The position numbers were made by a program, and so were the translations under genes. A stretch of DNA of 64,000 nucleotides, from positions 806,001-870,000 of the forward strand of contig BCGN01000006.1 in the NCBI GenBank assembly GCA_001599295.1. The letters are read 5' to 3'. The notes under the pieces were generated by a model, which did no database searches, was not told the DNA's origin, and saw only the letters and a list, made by a program, of their open reading frames with translations. Shown one piece after another: positions 1-11,590 of this stretch. How positions within the stretch are numbered: the stretch's first letter is position 1; each line of letters opens with the position of its first letter. The stretch is from Sporopachydermia quercuum. Lineage: Eukaryota.

Positions 1-1560
1 AGCCTTGAGTGTCATGTCATGCTCTGACATTATACGATTTCAAGGCTTTCACTATTTTATAGGCTGTGTAGTTCTGCTAACCATTTGATAATGCTTTGAA
101 AAGCAGATAACTAAGAATAAGGCTTGGATTCGTAAGGTAAGATTAAGTATGGATGAATCACGCTACGTTGCAACTACTGGGCTCTGGATCAAAAGTCTTT
201 TGTTTATTGAAAGACTGAAAGCAAGCTCTGGACCTTGTCTTCGATTTGAACTAGCAATAACCATCGGAATTATGGATCTAAAATAGAATTCTTAATTACT
301 GGGATTAGTCGTTGCCTTTTTCAGGTAGTCGTTATTTATTTATTCACAGTATGTAGATTACATGCACATACGACTCACTATTTCATCTGGTTATACTCCA
401 ATTCATGGGGATATACATTCATGATTTAATTTGAAAACAACAAAATTTCTAAAACACTTATTCATATAACGACCTACTGCCTTTATTTCCAATCTTCCTT
501 CATATTTATTTCATTCATTCACTCCACTTCTTTCTGCCCAGCCCTTCCGTTCAACCTTCTGTCATCGGGTAGTCCTAGTAATCCTGTACTTCTTGCATAA
601 TATTTCCCATACTATTTCCTATTTTGTCCTCCGAAGCTATACAAGGAACCTAACTTTATTTAGCTTCATCTCCAGACACTCCCCTAGATCAATAATCGAT
701 TTCGCACCACCGACCACATAAGTGATCATGATAACAAAAAGAAGCTACTAACACCACAGAGACTTCTCTCTCCACCATTTTCATTATTATTGTTTCACGA
801 AATAGTCCAATAGTCTTAGCTATATATTGCTTAGTCCGGCTTTAATCTTATGATAGCTTCCTCACTTGTCTCAGCGTAGGAGATAGACGAACAAGAAGAT
901 TGCGAAACCATGAAGATATCAACTAAATATAGCTACTAGTTACTTGATTTATTAAAGAACAAGATAAAGACGCCTCGCATCGTTCATATTTCAACAAGTA
1001 TGGGTTTATGAAATGAAAGTGGGATCAAAGAAATACAAGTAAATATAACTACGAAAAAGAATATTCCGAATTTATAAATTAGCGAATATTGAAGTCAACA
1101 TTTGGATTATAAAGGCAAGGAAAACTAATTATTGTTGACAGCGGCGTCATTAGGTCTAAATCACATTATCTTAATTATCATTTGGAGCCGTTTGTTTTGT
1201 GCTGTTGGATTCGTTATAAACCCAAGGAAAACAAATCCCATGAACAGAAATTCACGCTCTTGGATTTACTTATCGGACGTTTTAATCGTTATTTTTGCTG
1301 TCTTATCTATCCTGCTCTTGTTTTTGATTATTACATATCTTGAGGGAAGTTTGTAAATAGTCTAGAAGTTCAGCTAACAGTGGCAACAACGGATTGCAAA
1401 GGGATTCAGAAAACAAGAAGAAAGGAAAAAAGAAAAGAAGACAACAACTTACATACATTTAAACTTATTATCAACCGTGAAAGAAGAAAATAATAAAAGA
1501 GAATCAATACATTTCAGGCTTGGGTAGTAACCAACAATCAAGCAATAATCTAACTATATA

Positions 1561-2064
1561 ATGAAAATGGAACAAGAGAATCCCAGTCCAGAAAAGGACT
1601 CACATGACATTAGGCTATCATTCTTGTTTATTTCAGGGCTTAGATATGATTTAATAATTAATGATCATTTTCTAGAATTACAAAGTTTGGAGAAGAAGAA
1701 ACCAGAAGATGTGAAAATCGCAACAATCAGAACTGTACTGAAAGATAATTGGGAAGACTCTTGGGGAGAAAGTCCAAGCGATTCATCATGTATCAGACTT
1801 ATTCACTTAGGAAGAATTATGGAAGATTCAGGGAAACTGTCCGATTTTAACCTAGAATTATCAGATGTTGTGCATGTTTCAATACGGCCAGCAAATATGA
1901 CTGCTTCCAAAAGGAAAAGTAAAGAGAAGACTAGAAAGCACAAGAATGCAGCAAATGAAGCAACGACTTCTGCTTCAACATCTCAACCAAGCGTTTCATN
2001 TCCAGGAGGGAGTAATTCAAATGATACAACACATTCTCATGGTGGATGTTGTTTGATAATGTAA
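1561..2064 (+). CDS. Membrane-anchored ubiquitin-fold protein (MUB/UBL3-like), predicted prenylated
   Basis: 167-aa ORF. Ubiquitin-like core (IRLSFLFISG...IRLIHLGRIMED...VVHVSIRP), then a basic patch (KRKSKEKTRKHK) and a C-terminal CaaX with an adjacent Cys (GGCCLIM*). Confidence 0.8.
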   Translation: MKMEQENPSPEKDSHDIRLSFLFISGLRYDLIINDHFLELQSLEKKKPEDVKIATIRTVLKDNWEDSWGESPSDSSCIRLIHLGRIMEDSGKLSDFNLELSDVVHVSIRPANMTASKRKSKEKTRKHKNAANEATTSASTSQPSVSXPGGSNSNDTTHSHGGCCLIM

Positions 2065-2532
2065 TTTAAGTGGTTGGACAGTTTATATCGGTTTTTCAGA
2101 TGGTAATAATGAACGAGCAAATCAAAAGTAGTTCTCTGATTATGTGTACAATGTAGGAAGTATGTTTTGCCACCTATAGAGATCGACTAGTGATATTCTA
2201 GTCTGAAGACGAATACTGAGAGAAATGGTACTATCAAGTAGTAATCATCCATCTTAGCACTTGCCCATCCAGTATCTATAGTTGCTTCCAAAAATTATTA
2301 TGAAAATACATTTACTCTCATACGCGTTGTATCATTACGCTCAATTTATAACGTTTTACATAGAATAACTCGAATAAATAATACATACCCTTTCGAGACC
2401 TCTAGAATTTAATATTACCAAGTACTCACGTTCCATATTCCTTTGAATAACTTTCCGCCAAAAAATAACTTACCCATATCCATAACGTGACACCTGAACA
2501 TAACACGATGAAAATACTCACAATGCTAATGC

Positions 2533-5361
2533 TTACTTTTTGCCTTTGAACCCTTTTATTAAGTCTACATCTTTCAAATCATCAATATCTTTTTCTGCAG
2601 TTACATCTTTCCCACTAGAGTTATCTACAACAGTCGGTGATCTCAGTTTTGTAGGACTGAAGTCATTCCTATTAGGAGTTGAAGACAATTGAACAAACTT
2701 CCAAAATGCTGGTGAGCTGTTCGGCATGAATGATGAGGGCAATTGACTATTATCATCCACTGAACTTGAACCTTTGGTTCTGGCAACTAAACCCTTTGGA
2801 GTTTCCTGTAAAGCTTCAAGCTTTGGTCCTGTGAAGCTACTGTTTCCATTGTTTGATGCATTTGGTTGTTGATACTGTAGCTTAGGAATTGATGACAATG
2901 AAATCGATAGAGAATTACCAGAATTATTTGAGGTAGCAGATGGGGTATTCCCCAGTACCTTATTTGCGGCGACATTAGAACTTCTACTACTACCTCTATC
3001 AGGCGTGTAAGCTTCAACTTGAGAAACAACCGAAAACCTCTGTGTAGGCGATGGCGACATGAAGTTCAGTACTGATGAAGTAGAAGGTGTATCTAAAGGT
3101 AATCCTGAGAAGGTATCGGTAACAGTAGGTGCATTTGCCGCTTTTAATTCATCTACAACATCCTTTTGATCAAGGGAAACTTGTCGAGAGTGAGATCGAG
3201 TAGGAGTGGTAGTTTCTGTTCCAGAGAATTTCACAGGGGTACCAAAATTGATAAGCATTTCCGGATTGAATTTGCTGCTACTACTACTGCCACTATTAGA
3301 ACCCACAGGTGGGCCTGGTGTTAGTGTACTGGTATTCAAAAATGAAGAAGACGAGAAAGCAGGTGGTGATGTCGCCACTGATCCTGAGCTCTGGTAAGAA
3401 GGTTGTTGGTGCTCTGATTGTTGTTGCGATTGCTGCTGTTGATTTGATTTAATAACAGAAAACGAGTTCATTCCACTTGTATTTGTAGACTGTGGCAATG
3501 ATTGGTATTTCTCCATATGCAATTGTAATGTACGCGAGACAGAAGTTCCTCGTTTGAACTTACCACCTATACCGTTGAAGGTACCAGAGGCAGAGTTCGA
3601 AGGGTAAGCAAAATCATTTCGGAATGATATTTCAGAACCAAAATTCTGCTTAGTACTTGAATGAATAGGCGTATCAGTGCTTTGGTTTGAGGATGCAATT
3701 TTACTATCATTATTGGCAATATTACTATCACTGTTTGTCTTATTTCCACTTGAAGAGTTTTTGACTGGTTTATGAATAGAATCATTATATCCATTAGCAG
3801 CATTGAACTTTTCCATGAACTCTTCTTTGTATGAATCTGCTATTTTCCATTTCATACCTTTTCCCGGCTCATTAATCTTTCTAGGTACCTTTTCAAAAGC
3901 TTTATTCAAACTGAGATTATGTCGGATAGAATTCTGCCATCCAGTTTTTGAGAACCTATAGAAAGAGTAATTGGTGGAGATGAAATCATAGATATCACTT
4001 AAGGACATCATACCTTCTGGATCAGATAAAATAGCTTGTGTTATCATGGTTGCATAGCTATAAGGTGGTTTGATATCTTTTGCCTCATCGGAGCTCAGAT
4101 CTTGATTGAAAACACCATTTACATTCACAAGGCCTCTTACTTGAGGTCTAGCAATCATGGCAACACCTTTAGGATAAGATTCTGAATGTGATATTGAGAA
4201 TGTTGTTGTTATTGGTTTTTTGGGCCCAGATGATGTTTTTGTTTGGGTATTTATTGGTGCGGGAGGTAAATATGTTGAGGTAGACATCCTATCGATGAAG
4301 GAATTGGAACTATTAGATGATTTTACCTGGCGGGCATCAGATTGGGTATTGTTTTCTTTCATTTGTGAAGTAACTGATTGGAGATCCTGTTGATTAACCT
4401 GTCCTGGAACACTGCTTGCAGAGTCTAATGCGTTGTTTTGGATGTTTGGATTGACGATTCGCAGTGTATTATTTGGGCTCTGTTTGCTAATTGCTGGTGA
4501 TGAACTAGGAATTGACCCAGTTGGTAAGGAGAAATGTGTCCGTGTAGGATCAGAGAACTTGGTATTATTATTGGTGGAATAATTCTCCTGGGAGACACCG
4601 AGCGTATCAGTTCGAGAAGCTCTTCCAGAGATCGTATCGGAGGCAGATATATGTCTTCTATTCTTCGATTCGGAATTTAATTTTGAATTTGTTATTAGAG
4701 AACCATCAACTAACAACGATTTTTTGATTGCATCAGCAATCCTTGGAGGACTATCAGGTAAAACAAACATTATCTGTACACCACCCACATCTATGACATT
4801 ACCACTAGATATAGGCACCACGTTGTTGGAACCTGTATAAGGTACTTTGTCGATCTTCACACCATTTCTGCCCAAAATTCTTATTTGCCATTCTCTACGC
4901 ATACTATTGAATTCAATTACAGCGTGCAGCCGACTTACAACCTTATCAGGTCCCAAATCTATATCAACTGACCCAGAGTCTGGATCACCCGGCACCCCTG
5001 AGTTTCTCCCTATCACTACTCTTACTTTTTGCACGTAGTATGTCCAATTTCTTCCTGCCAGCTTTGCAAACGCTTCTATTTGGTGCAGTGATCTGTTATC
5101 GTTCACAGCGTTATTCACAAAAGGCTTATCGTTTGAGTAATCAACGGCTACCTTCAGAGTACGTTTAGGCATCGACAGGTTTGCTATCACAGTTTCAACC
5201 AATTCTTGGTCTTGCTCATGACCCATTGGTGAGCTTATTAATTCGCTTATGTTTTTATTGACAGATTTCCGGTTTGGTGATGCTATCCTCTTTACTGGGC
5301 TCATTGCTGAGGCATCATCCAACGAGCCAATGTCCATAGATCTTTTCCTTGGGGATGGCAT
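2533..5361 (-). CDS. FKH1: Forkhead transcription factor with N-terminal FHA domain (Fkh1/Fkh2 family)
   Basis: FHA region (AFAKLAGRNWTYY...IDLGPDKVVSRLHA...GRNG) and forkhead domain (KPPYSYATMITQAI...GWQNSIRHNLSLNKAFEKVPR). Divergent from ASG1, as FKH1 is in S. cerevisiae; probably the single pre-duplication FKH1/FKH2 gene. Confidence 0.93.
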   Translation of the reverse strand: MPSPRKRSMDIGSLDDASAMSPVKRIASPNRKSVNKNISELISSPMGHEQDQELVETVIANLSMPKRTLKVAVDYSNDKPFVNNAVNDNRSLHQIEAFAKLAGRNWTYYVQKVRVVIGRNSGVPGDPDSGSVDIDLGPDKVVSRLHAVIEFNSMRREWQIRILGRNGVKIDKVPYTGSNNVVPISSGNVIDVGGVQIMFVLPDSPPRIADAIKKSLLVDGSLITNSKLNSESKNRRHISASDTISGRASRTDTLGVSQENYSTNNNTKFSDPTRTHFSLPTGSIPSSSPAISKQSPNNTLRIVNPNIQNNALDSASSVPGQVNQQDLQSVTSQMKENNTQSDARQVKSSNSSNSFIDRMSTSTYLPPAPINTQTKTSSGPKKPITTTFSISHSESYPKGVAMIARPQVRGLVNVNGVFNQDLSSDEAKDIKPPYSYATMITQAILSDPEGMMSLSDIYDFISTNYSFYRFSKTGWQNSIRHNLSLNKAFEKVPRKINEPGKGMKWKIADSYKEEFMEKFNAANGYNDSIHKPVKNSSSGNKTNSDSNIANNDSKIASSNQSTDTPIHSSTKQNFGSEISFRNDFAYPSNSASGTFNGIGGKFKRGTSVSRTLQLHMEKYQSLPQSTNTSGMNSFSVIKSNQQQQSQQQSEHQQPSYQSSGSVATSPPAFSSSSFLNTSTLTPGPPVGSNSGSSSSSKFNPEMLINFGTPVKFSGTETTTPTRSHSRQVSLDQKDVVDELKAANAPTVTDTFSGLPLDTPSTSSVLNFMSPSPTQRFSVVSQVEAYTPDRGSSRSSNVAANKVLGNTPSATSNNSGNSLSISLSSIPKLQYQQPNASNNGNSSFTGPKLEALQETPKGLVARTKGSSSVDDNSQLPSSFMPNSSPAFWKFVQLSSTPNRNDFSPTKLRSPTVVDNSSGKDVTAEKDIDDLKDVDLIKGFKGKK

Positions 5362-5646
5362 TTTGGTAAACGCATCAAAAAAGAAAAAAAAAAGCTGGTT
5401 GTCAACTGCAAATTTAGTTAAGTATCATTAATTCCAAAAGACTTTATAATTTCCAACAACACACTGTAATACTACTGGCGCAGTGATAATAATGATAGAA
5501 ATGCCAATGTCAATGATGATAATGATATAGCAATAGCTCTATGCTGCCTACTTGTGATATCTTTGACTTGTTTGTGTATTGTGTGCGTTATGTTATGCTT
5601 CTGTGTTATTTGAGCAGCAACTTGAAAATTGGTTCTTATATTTAAA

Positions 5647-5820
5647 ACGCGATTAGGCGCTGAAACCTTTAGCCTACAAATACAAAAATAGATATAATAC
5701 TATCGTTTGTTTAAGCATGAATTTTGATCGCTATGAAAGAAGTTTTTATTGCACTAACAAGAAGGAAAACGCAATATGTAAACAAAGCGCCATTTTCAGA
5801 AAATACTCGATTACGCGAAA
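5647..5820. promoter_or_regulatory. Candidate cell-cycle elements upstream of FKH: ACGCG (5647-5651), forkhead site GTAAACAA (5778-5785), ACGCGAAA MCB/SCB-like (5813-5820)
   Basis: Exact matches to known yeast forkhead and MBF/SBF consensus sites, 290-460 bp upstream of the FKH start. Function not shown. Confidence 0.45.
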
Positions 5821-7153
5821 TAAAAATGATGGTATGAGAAGAACATTTTGGATTTATAGTAGAGGCATCTATGAGATGGAATGAGATGTGAACATTGGGT
5901 GTTTGGTAGTTCTTTGATGTGTTTCCGTGGTAGATATATTCCAATTAGGGTAGTATCGTAAATTTAAACTTAATTGAACCAGTTTGAGGAATATGCAGAA
6001 ATATGCAGGATAGGATATGAGGGGAAGTAGACAGAATGATACAACGGTACTCATTATNGAATTTGAAGACTATTAGTTATAATAAAATTTTGCGACACAA
6101 AACTCTTTATTATATATTGTTTAAAGTAGCTCTGATGAAAATAAAAGTTACATTCAGGTATCATTTCATCTACATGCTTGCACCGTCTGGAATTCGCTTA
6201 TCCGGTCGCTATGCAGCACTATGCATCGTTGAAATATATCCTGCATAAACTCTGCATAGGATCAAACCCTCATTCTCCTACCTTATGTCCATCTTGTACT
6301 TAGGCTTAGGCCTAGGAGAAAATGTCACCCACCATTTATATGGTACATTTGGGACTTCCATCGTAAGAACAGCAAGGACTAGTGTGATAAGCTCTTATTC
6401 ATCTATCAATCATCCCAAATCATTTTCTAATAAAGGAAAACGATAGTATATAGTGCAGTTGAAGGTAGGAAATTGTTGAGAACAATGGAGAAATAGTTGA
6501 ATGTTTGTCAGATAAAACTCAGCAAGTTCAAGCGTCCCCGTTGGTTTTTGATATTTGATACGTGTTTACTGTTTGATGGACATATGAATGAATGAATGCC
6601 CGTTAGACTAGTAAATGGATGCCATTAGGAAAAGGACTGCGTCTTGTACCAAAAGAAGAAGCATTGTTTTGTTTGTATTAGTAGGTTTATGTTACTGAGA
6701 TACATTTAACAGCTCCTGAGAATTGCGGAGAAATTGATTCAGCCTTGTATTTACTTTTATTATTGATATTGGGACTTCGATTGATGTTCTTCTCATCAAT
6801 GTACTAGTATATGATAGAAGAGTTCTGTTTATCTGTTAATAAAAGGGGAAGCCTGCCTGAATAACGATATCGAGAGACATTTATAGTAGTATCAATTGAT
6901 GCTCGCAACAAAAAATACTCATTTTTGCTGGGATTTTTTTATATGGAGTTGTCTTTCATTAACTTCTTTGTTTATTGGAGTAAATACAATATCCAACAAA
7001 CAGGATACTACGAATACGACTTGAAGAACTGGCAAAAGTTCCATTTGAGGATTCATTCAAATCAATCAATCAATACTTAAGACTTAGTGAGTCTGCTCAA
7101 CAACAATTTACAAATAGTTTGTAGATATTTTAGATATTTTAAATCAACTCACA

Positions 7154-10063
7154 ATGGTCAACCCAGGTTCCATAAAGAAAGAACCTGGCGGCAAAGATCT
7201 TGAACAGACCGATGACCAGCCAGGTACATCAAATGCCTTATTATTATCATCAACAATCTCCAACACATCATCCGCAACAAGTCACGATGCTTCTTCTGCT
7301 TTGAAGACCCAATCGACGACAGGAGGTAGTTCTCTTTCTGACAGCTCAATAAGTTCATCTATGAAGAGGAACCAAAACCAAAATCAAAATCAAAATGAAA
7401 ACCAAAGCCAAGCATCCGTCGTCACTGAAACAGAAAGCCCTTCAGGAGATAATTCTAAGTCTCAAAAAAGACGTCGCGTGACTCGTGCGTGTGATGAATG
7501 CAGGAAAAAGAAAGTGAAATGTGATGGTAAACAGCCATGTATTCATTGTACAGTTTACAGCTATGACTGTACCTATAATCAACCCTCTAATAGAAGACGA
7601 TTACCTGATATGCATTTAGCTGAAGTGAAACTGAAAAATGCCCAAGCTGTTCTGAAATTATTTGTACCTGATATAGATGTTTTGTCGCCTAGTTTTGATC
7701 TAAATTCATTTCTAGAAGCTTATAACTCATTTGCTAATCAGAACGCTGCTCCATCACCTGGCACTCTTTCAAGACTTTATCTCAAATTATCCAATCAGAA
7801 TGTCTTTCTAGGACAAAATGTGAGCACCCCACAACAACAATATATATACGGTGGAAGCTCGGATAGTATTGGTGGAGTATCATCGCAAAATGTTACTGGT
7901 GCTGCAACGGGACATCGTATGGCTTACCCTTCGTATGGTAAAGTGCCCAGTCCAACAAATTCTACTGGATCAGCTTCTCTGAATATTGATGGGTCTATTG
8001 ATAGTGCTGATGGTAGGGAAATCAAGATTATCTTGCCTCCCAAACATATTGCACTACAATTGGTCGAAGCTGTTTGGGATAATGCTTGTGTTTTATTCAG
8101 ATTTTATCATCGTCCCAAATTCATCAGAGATATGGATAACCTATACGAAACAGACCCGATGGACTATACAAACCAACAATCTCGCGTTCTTCCATTAGTG
8201 TACTCTGTAATGGCTGTTGGTGTATTGTTTTCTATGGATCGTTGTGAACAACTTGGATTCAAAGACGCTTCAGAAGGATATCGTTATTTCGTTGCAGCTC
8301 GTAAACTAATTGATATAACAGATGCAAGGGATATGTATGCTATTCAAACAATAGTCATGATGATCATCTTCCTACAATGTTCAGCACGATTATCCACATG
8401 CTATGCATACATTGGTGTAGCACTCAGATCAGCTTTACGAGAAGGGCTGCACAGGAGAATGTATCTTCGTAACGCTAGTCCAATTGAAATCGAAACAAGG
8501 AAACGTCTTTTCTGGACTATCCGTAAAATGGATATTTACGTTAATGCAATGCTGGGCTTACCAAGAAGTATATCTGAAGATGATTTTGATCAAGAATTGC
8601 CAGGAGAGTATGATGATGAGAACATCACTGACACTGAATATTTGATGCAAGATCCCACAAAGCTATCATCAGCAGGTATTGCTAATGCCCATACAAAGTT
8701 GATTACTATTTTATCTCATATCATGCGAGATTTATATCCTGTAAAAATAAGGAACAAGGACAATGTTAATCCATACACGAATGCTCATTCTAAAGTGAAT
8801 GATTTGGAGAACGAGCTGCGCGAATGGTTGGACCAACTGCCCTTACAAATCAAACCAGGTATGGATCCTCCTCCGGAATATTTAAAAGCTAATAGACTGC
8901 TTCATCTAGCATTCTGTCACATTCAAATTGTTCTATACAGACCTTTTATTCACTATTCTTCACCACGATACCGAACACATCATTTACATCAAGAGAAAGC
9001 ACGCAATTGCGCTAATTCATGTATCAATGTGGCTAGAACAGTTATTTACATTGCTCAAGAACTGGTTTCCAAAAGGATGCTTAATGGGGCTTATTGGTTT
9101 TCTATATACACTATTTTTTTCTCTGTTGCTTGTCTTGTTTATTATGTTCATGAAAATCAAAGCTATTATACTACTCATGAATGGCCCAGTGACGAAGAAA
9201 GAGAAAAGGTGGAAGAAGTTAAACGTGATGCAGAAATTGGAAAAGATGTGTTGACATATTTGAAGGACAGCTCTATGGCTGCTTTACGCATATACGATAT
9301 TCTCAATGGAATGTTTGAACAATTGAACCGTCGTACTTCAAATATCACACAGAAATCATATGATAGTAGTAAGAATAACGGGGCCAATACCGAGCAAAAT
9401 GTGAATACTGTATCTTCTTCTGCTATAGCACCATNAGCTTTGCAACCACCTTTAAGCTCTGACGATGTAGAAAAACTTAAAGAACATCGACATTATGTTA
9501 CAACAATGGAAGATACAACGACTCCAGCTAATTTTTCCATTCCTAATGCTGGAAGATCCTCTTCTGGTGCTTATAATGCACCGTCTTCTACAAACTCTGT
9601 TGCTACATTCTCAACAATTGGTGCCCGAATTCCTAATGATGAAACACGGTATATGCCAGGTTTGATGGATCAGGTGGATCAACAAATTTTCGGACGATTT
9701 TTGCCACCTTATATGCTTCAAAACAATAATGGCAATGAAAATAGAAATAATAAGACTAACACTATGCCAGGAAATGTCAATGAGAGCTCTAGTATTGCAG
9801 GAAATGAAGGATTATCTGATGGCTTGAACACACAAGGGGTGTTTGGCAATTCTGGATCAAATAAACTCAATGAGGATGGTAATAATAACACTTTATTTGG
9901 CTTAGGTACTGTTGATGATAATGGAATCATCAAAGAAGGTCCATTAGATGTTACTGGTTTTACTGAGGATGCATTCATGGGACCAGAATGGGATGAGATT
10001 TTGAATGGAAGCAATGGTTACCTTTCTGGTATCAATGGGAATCAGAATCGTGATGTTAGTTGA
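7154..10063 (+). CDS. ASG1: Zn(II)2Cys6 transcription factor with fungal-specific middle domain (Asg1 family)
   Basis: RRRVTRACDECRKKKVKCDGKQPCIHCTVYSYDCTY zinc cluster typical of Asg1; middle homology region (RKRLFWTIRKMDIYVNAMLGLPRSI); adjacent and divergent to FKH. Confidence 0.9.
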   Translation: MVNPGSIKKEPGGKDLEQTDDQPGTSNALLLSSTISNTSSATSHDASSALKTQSTTGGSSLSDSSISSSMKRNQNQNQNQNENQSQASVVTETESPSGDNSKSQKRRRVTRACDECRKKKVKCDGKQPCIHCTVYSYDCTYNQPSNRRRLPDMHLAEVKLKNAQAVLKLFVPDIDVLSPSFDLNSFLEAYNSFANQNAAPSPGTLSRLYLKLSNQNVFLGQNVSTPQQQYIYGGSSDSIGGVSSQNVTGAATGHRMAYPSYGKVPSPTNSTGSASLNIDGSIDSADGREIKIILPPKHIALQLVEAVWDNACVLFRFYHRPKFIRDMDNLYETDPMDYTNQQSRVLPLVYSVMAVGVLFSMDRCEQLGFKDASEGYRYFVAARKLIDITDARDMYAIQTIVMMIIFLQCSARLSTCYAYIGVALRSALREGLHRRMYLRNASPIEIETRKRLFWTIRKMDIYVNAMLGLPRSISEDDFDQELPGEYDDENITDTEYLMQDPTKLSSAGIANAHTKLITILSHIMRDLYPVKIRNKDNVNPYTNAHSKVNDLENELREWLDQLPLQIKPGMDPPPEYLKANRLLHLAFCHIQIVLYRPFIHYSSPRYRTHHLHQEKARNCANSCINVARTVIYIAQELVSKRMLNGAYWFSIYTIFFSVACLVYYVHENQSYYTTHEWPSDEEREKVEEVKRDAEIGKDVLTYLKDSSMAALRIYDILNGMFEQLNRRTSNITQKSYDSSKNNGANTEQNVNTVSSSAIAPXALQPPLSSDDVEKLKEHRHYVTTMEDTTTPANFSIPNAGRSSSGAYNAPSSTNSVATFSTIGARIPNDETRYMPGLMDQVDQQIFGRFLPPYMLQNNNGNENRNNKTNTMPGNVNESSSIAGNEGLSDGLNTQGVFGNSGSNKLNEDGNNNTLFGLGTVDDNGIIKEGPLDVTGFTEDAFMGPEWDEILNGSNGYLSGINGNQNRDVS

Positions 10064-10993
10064 AGTTTTCACTAATAATAAAGATTCCAATTCCAATTCC
10101 AATCATTTAATATCCTTTTTAATATCCTTTTTAGTAACTTTTTTATTTATTTATTTAACTTTTTCTTTTTAAATTCCTTCGATGAATATTTATGTATTAC
10201 TAAACTTTTTAACTAATAGATCATAGTTTGATAACCAAGTGAAGAAGAGAGAAGCTTGATGGTAGTAGTTGATATGGTTAAATGAAACGCTGAATGAAGT
10301 GTAGTACTTTGGAGAAAGAAGAAAAAATTAAGCAAAAAAAAAACAATACCAGGAAGCAGTGGGTTTTCCATGGGACCTCGAAGTATCAATTCCTCTGTAA
10401 ACTGTGTCAGCGTAGTAAGTACATCAGAATATAGAATTCCGTTGAAGCAAACCATCCAAGAAATCATATTTGGCTATAGTTTTGATTATAAACTCAGTAC
10501 AGCCAAAAGTTTAAGTATATGCACAACTATGCAGATATCAAGACTACATTATCATTCACTTCATTTGCATTCTAGTATTTTTTTTTTTAATGCAAAGATT
10601 TCATTGGGACATAAACAAAGAACAGAACTCGATCAAATTGGCCTTCAAATACAATCTGCAAATGCATTCCAACTGATTATATCGCCTTAAACGAACAGCA
10701 TANAGTCCTGGATATTCTGAGTATGAACTTTTACTCGAAACTCATATTCGAAACTCTAATTACGGAGAATTTGTTTTTCAACTTCTCATGGTCTCCGAAA
10801 TATTCTACCANTTCTCTGTCTATCTCATCCATCAAGTACTCTTTCTTCTTCCTCAATAGTTATTTCTATACAAATTTGTTTATTCCTCGTTTTCCTGTAA
10901 TCATAAAGCTCACTCTCATTGGTACCTATCATACATCCACAGCCACCAGATTCGCGTCACATCATATCGCATCATATTTGATTTTGTGGAATC

Positions 10994-11590
10994 ATGTCTA
11001 GACTCCCAACATCATTATCTATCTTCTCTATTGCATTACGCACAGGAGGTGCTTTGTTTCTATTAACGAACACAGTTTACTCGTTCAATGCTACAACTGG
11101 AGAATCAATGCTTCCTACAGTAAATGTTAACTATGATTGTGTTCATGTCAACAGAATGTTCAAGTATGGTCGTGGAATTGAGGTAGGAGATTGCGTGGTT
11201 GCAGCAAAACCAACAGAGCAGTTCCACTTTGTATGCAAACGTGTAACAGGTCTAGAAGGTGACGTTATACTGATTGACCCGAGCAGATTGGATAATTATC
11301 TCACAGAAGACAATAAAATTGTCTCAAAGAAAGATGGAATTTCAGGCAGTGAAATGAGCCCTTTGGATACATACATAGTTGTTCCAAAAGGCCATTGTTT
11401 CCTTACTGGTGATAATCTATCGTTTTCGTTGGATTCAAGGACATATTCAGTACTACCGTTAGCACTAATTAAAGGAAAGATAGTAGCTGTTTCCACAGTT
11501 GATGTTTCGTCTTTCACAAAGTTTTGGGATTGTTTGAAACATGGGTTTTATACTAGATGGGTTGATAATATTCTAAAGGATGTGTCATGA
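10994..11590 (+). CDS. IMP1: Mitochondrial inner-membrane peptidase subunit 1 (S26 family)
   Basis: GESMLPT catalytic Ser box, CKRVTGLEGD Lys box, VPKGH...TGDNLSFSLDSRTY; convergent with SWP1. Confidence 0.9.
   Translation: MSRLPTSLSIFSIALRTGGALFLLTNTVYSFNATTGESMLPTVNVNYDCVHVNRMFKYGRGIEVGDCVVAAKPTEQFHFVCKRVTGLEGDVILIDPSRLDNYLTEDNKIVSKKDGISGSEMSPLDTYIVVPKGHCFLTGDNLSFSLDSRTYSVLPLALIKGKIVAVSTVDVSSFTKFWDCLKHGFYTRWVDNILKDVS

Noticed and set aside
75..142. Possible 30-nt micro-exon (107-136, ITKNKAWIRK) flanked by TGCTAAC...CAG and GTAAGA
   Set aside because: The branch-to-AG distance is longer than in the confirmed introns, no downstream exon could be found, and any upstream context lies outside the window.
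1132..1356. 74-aa hydrophobic ORF upstream of the MUB gene
   Set aside because: TTG start, no recognisable family, and hydrophobicity is expected from T-rich intergenic DNA.
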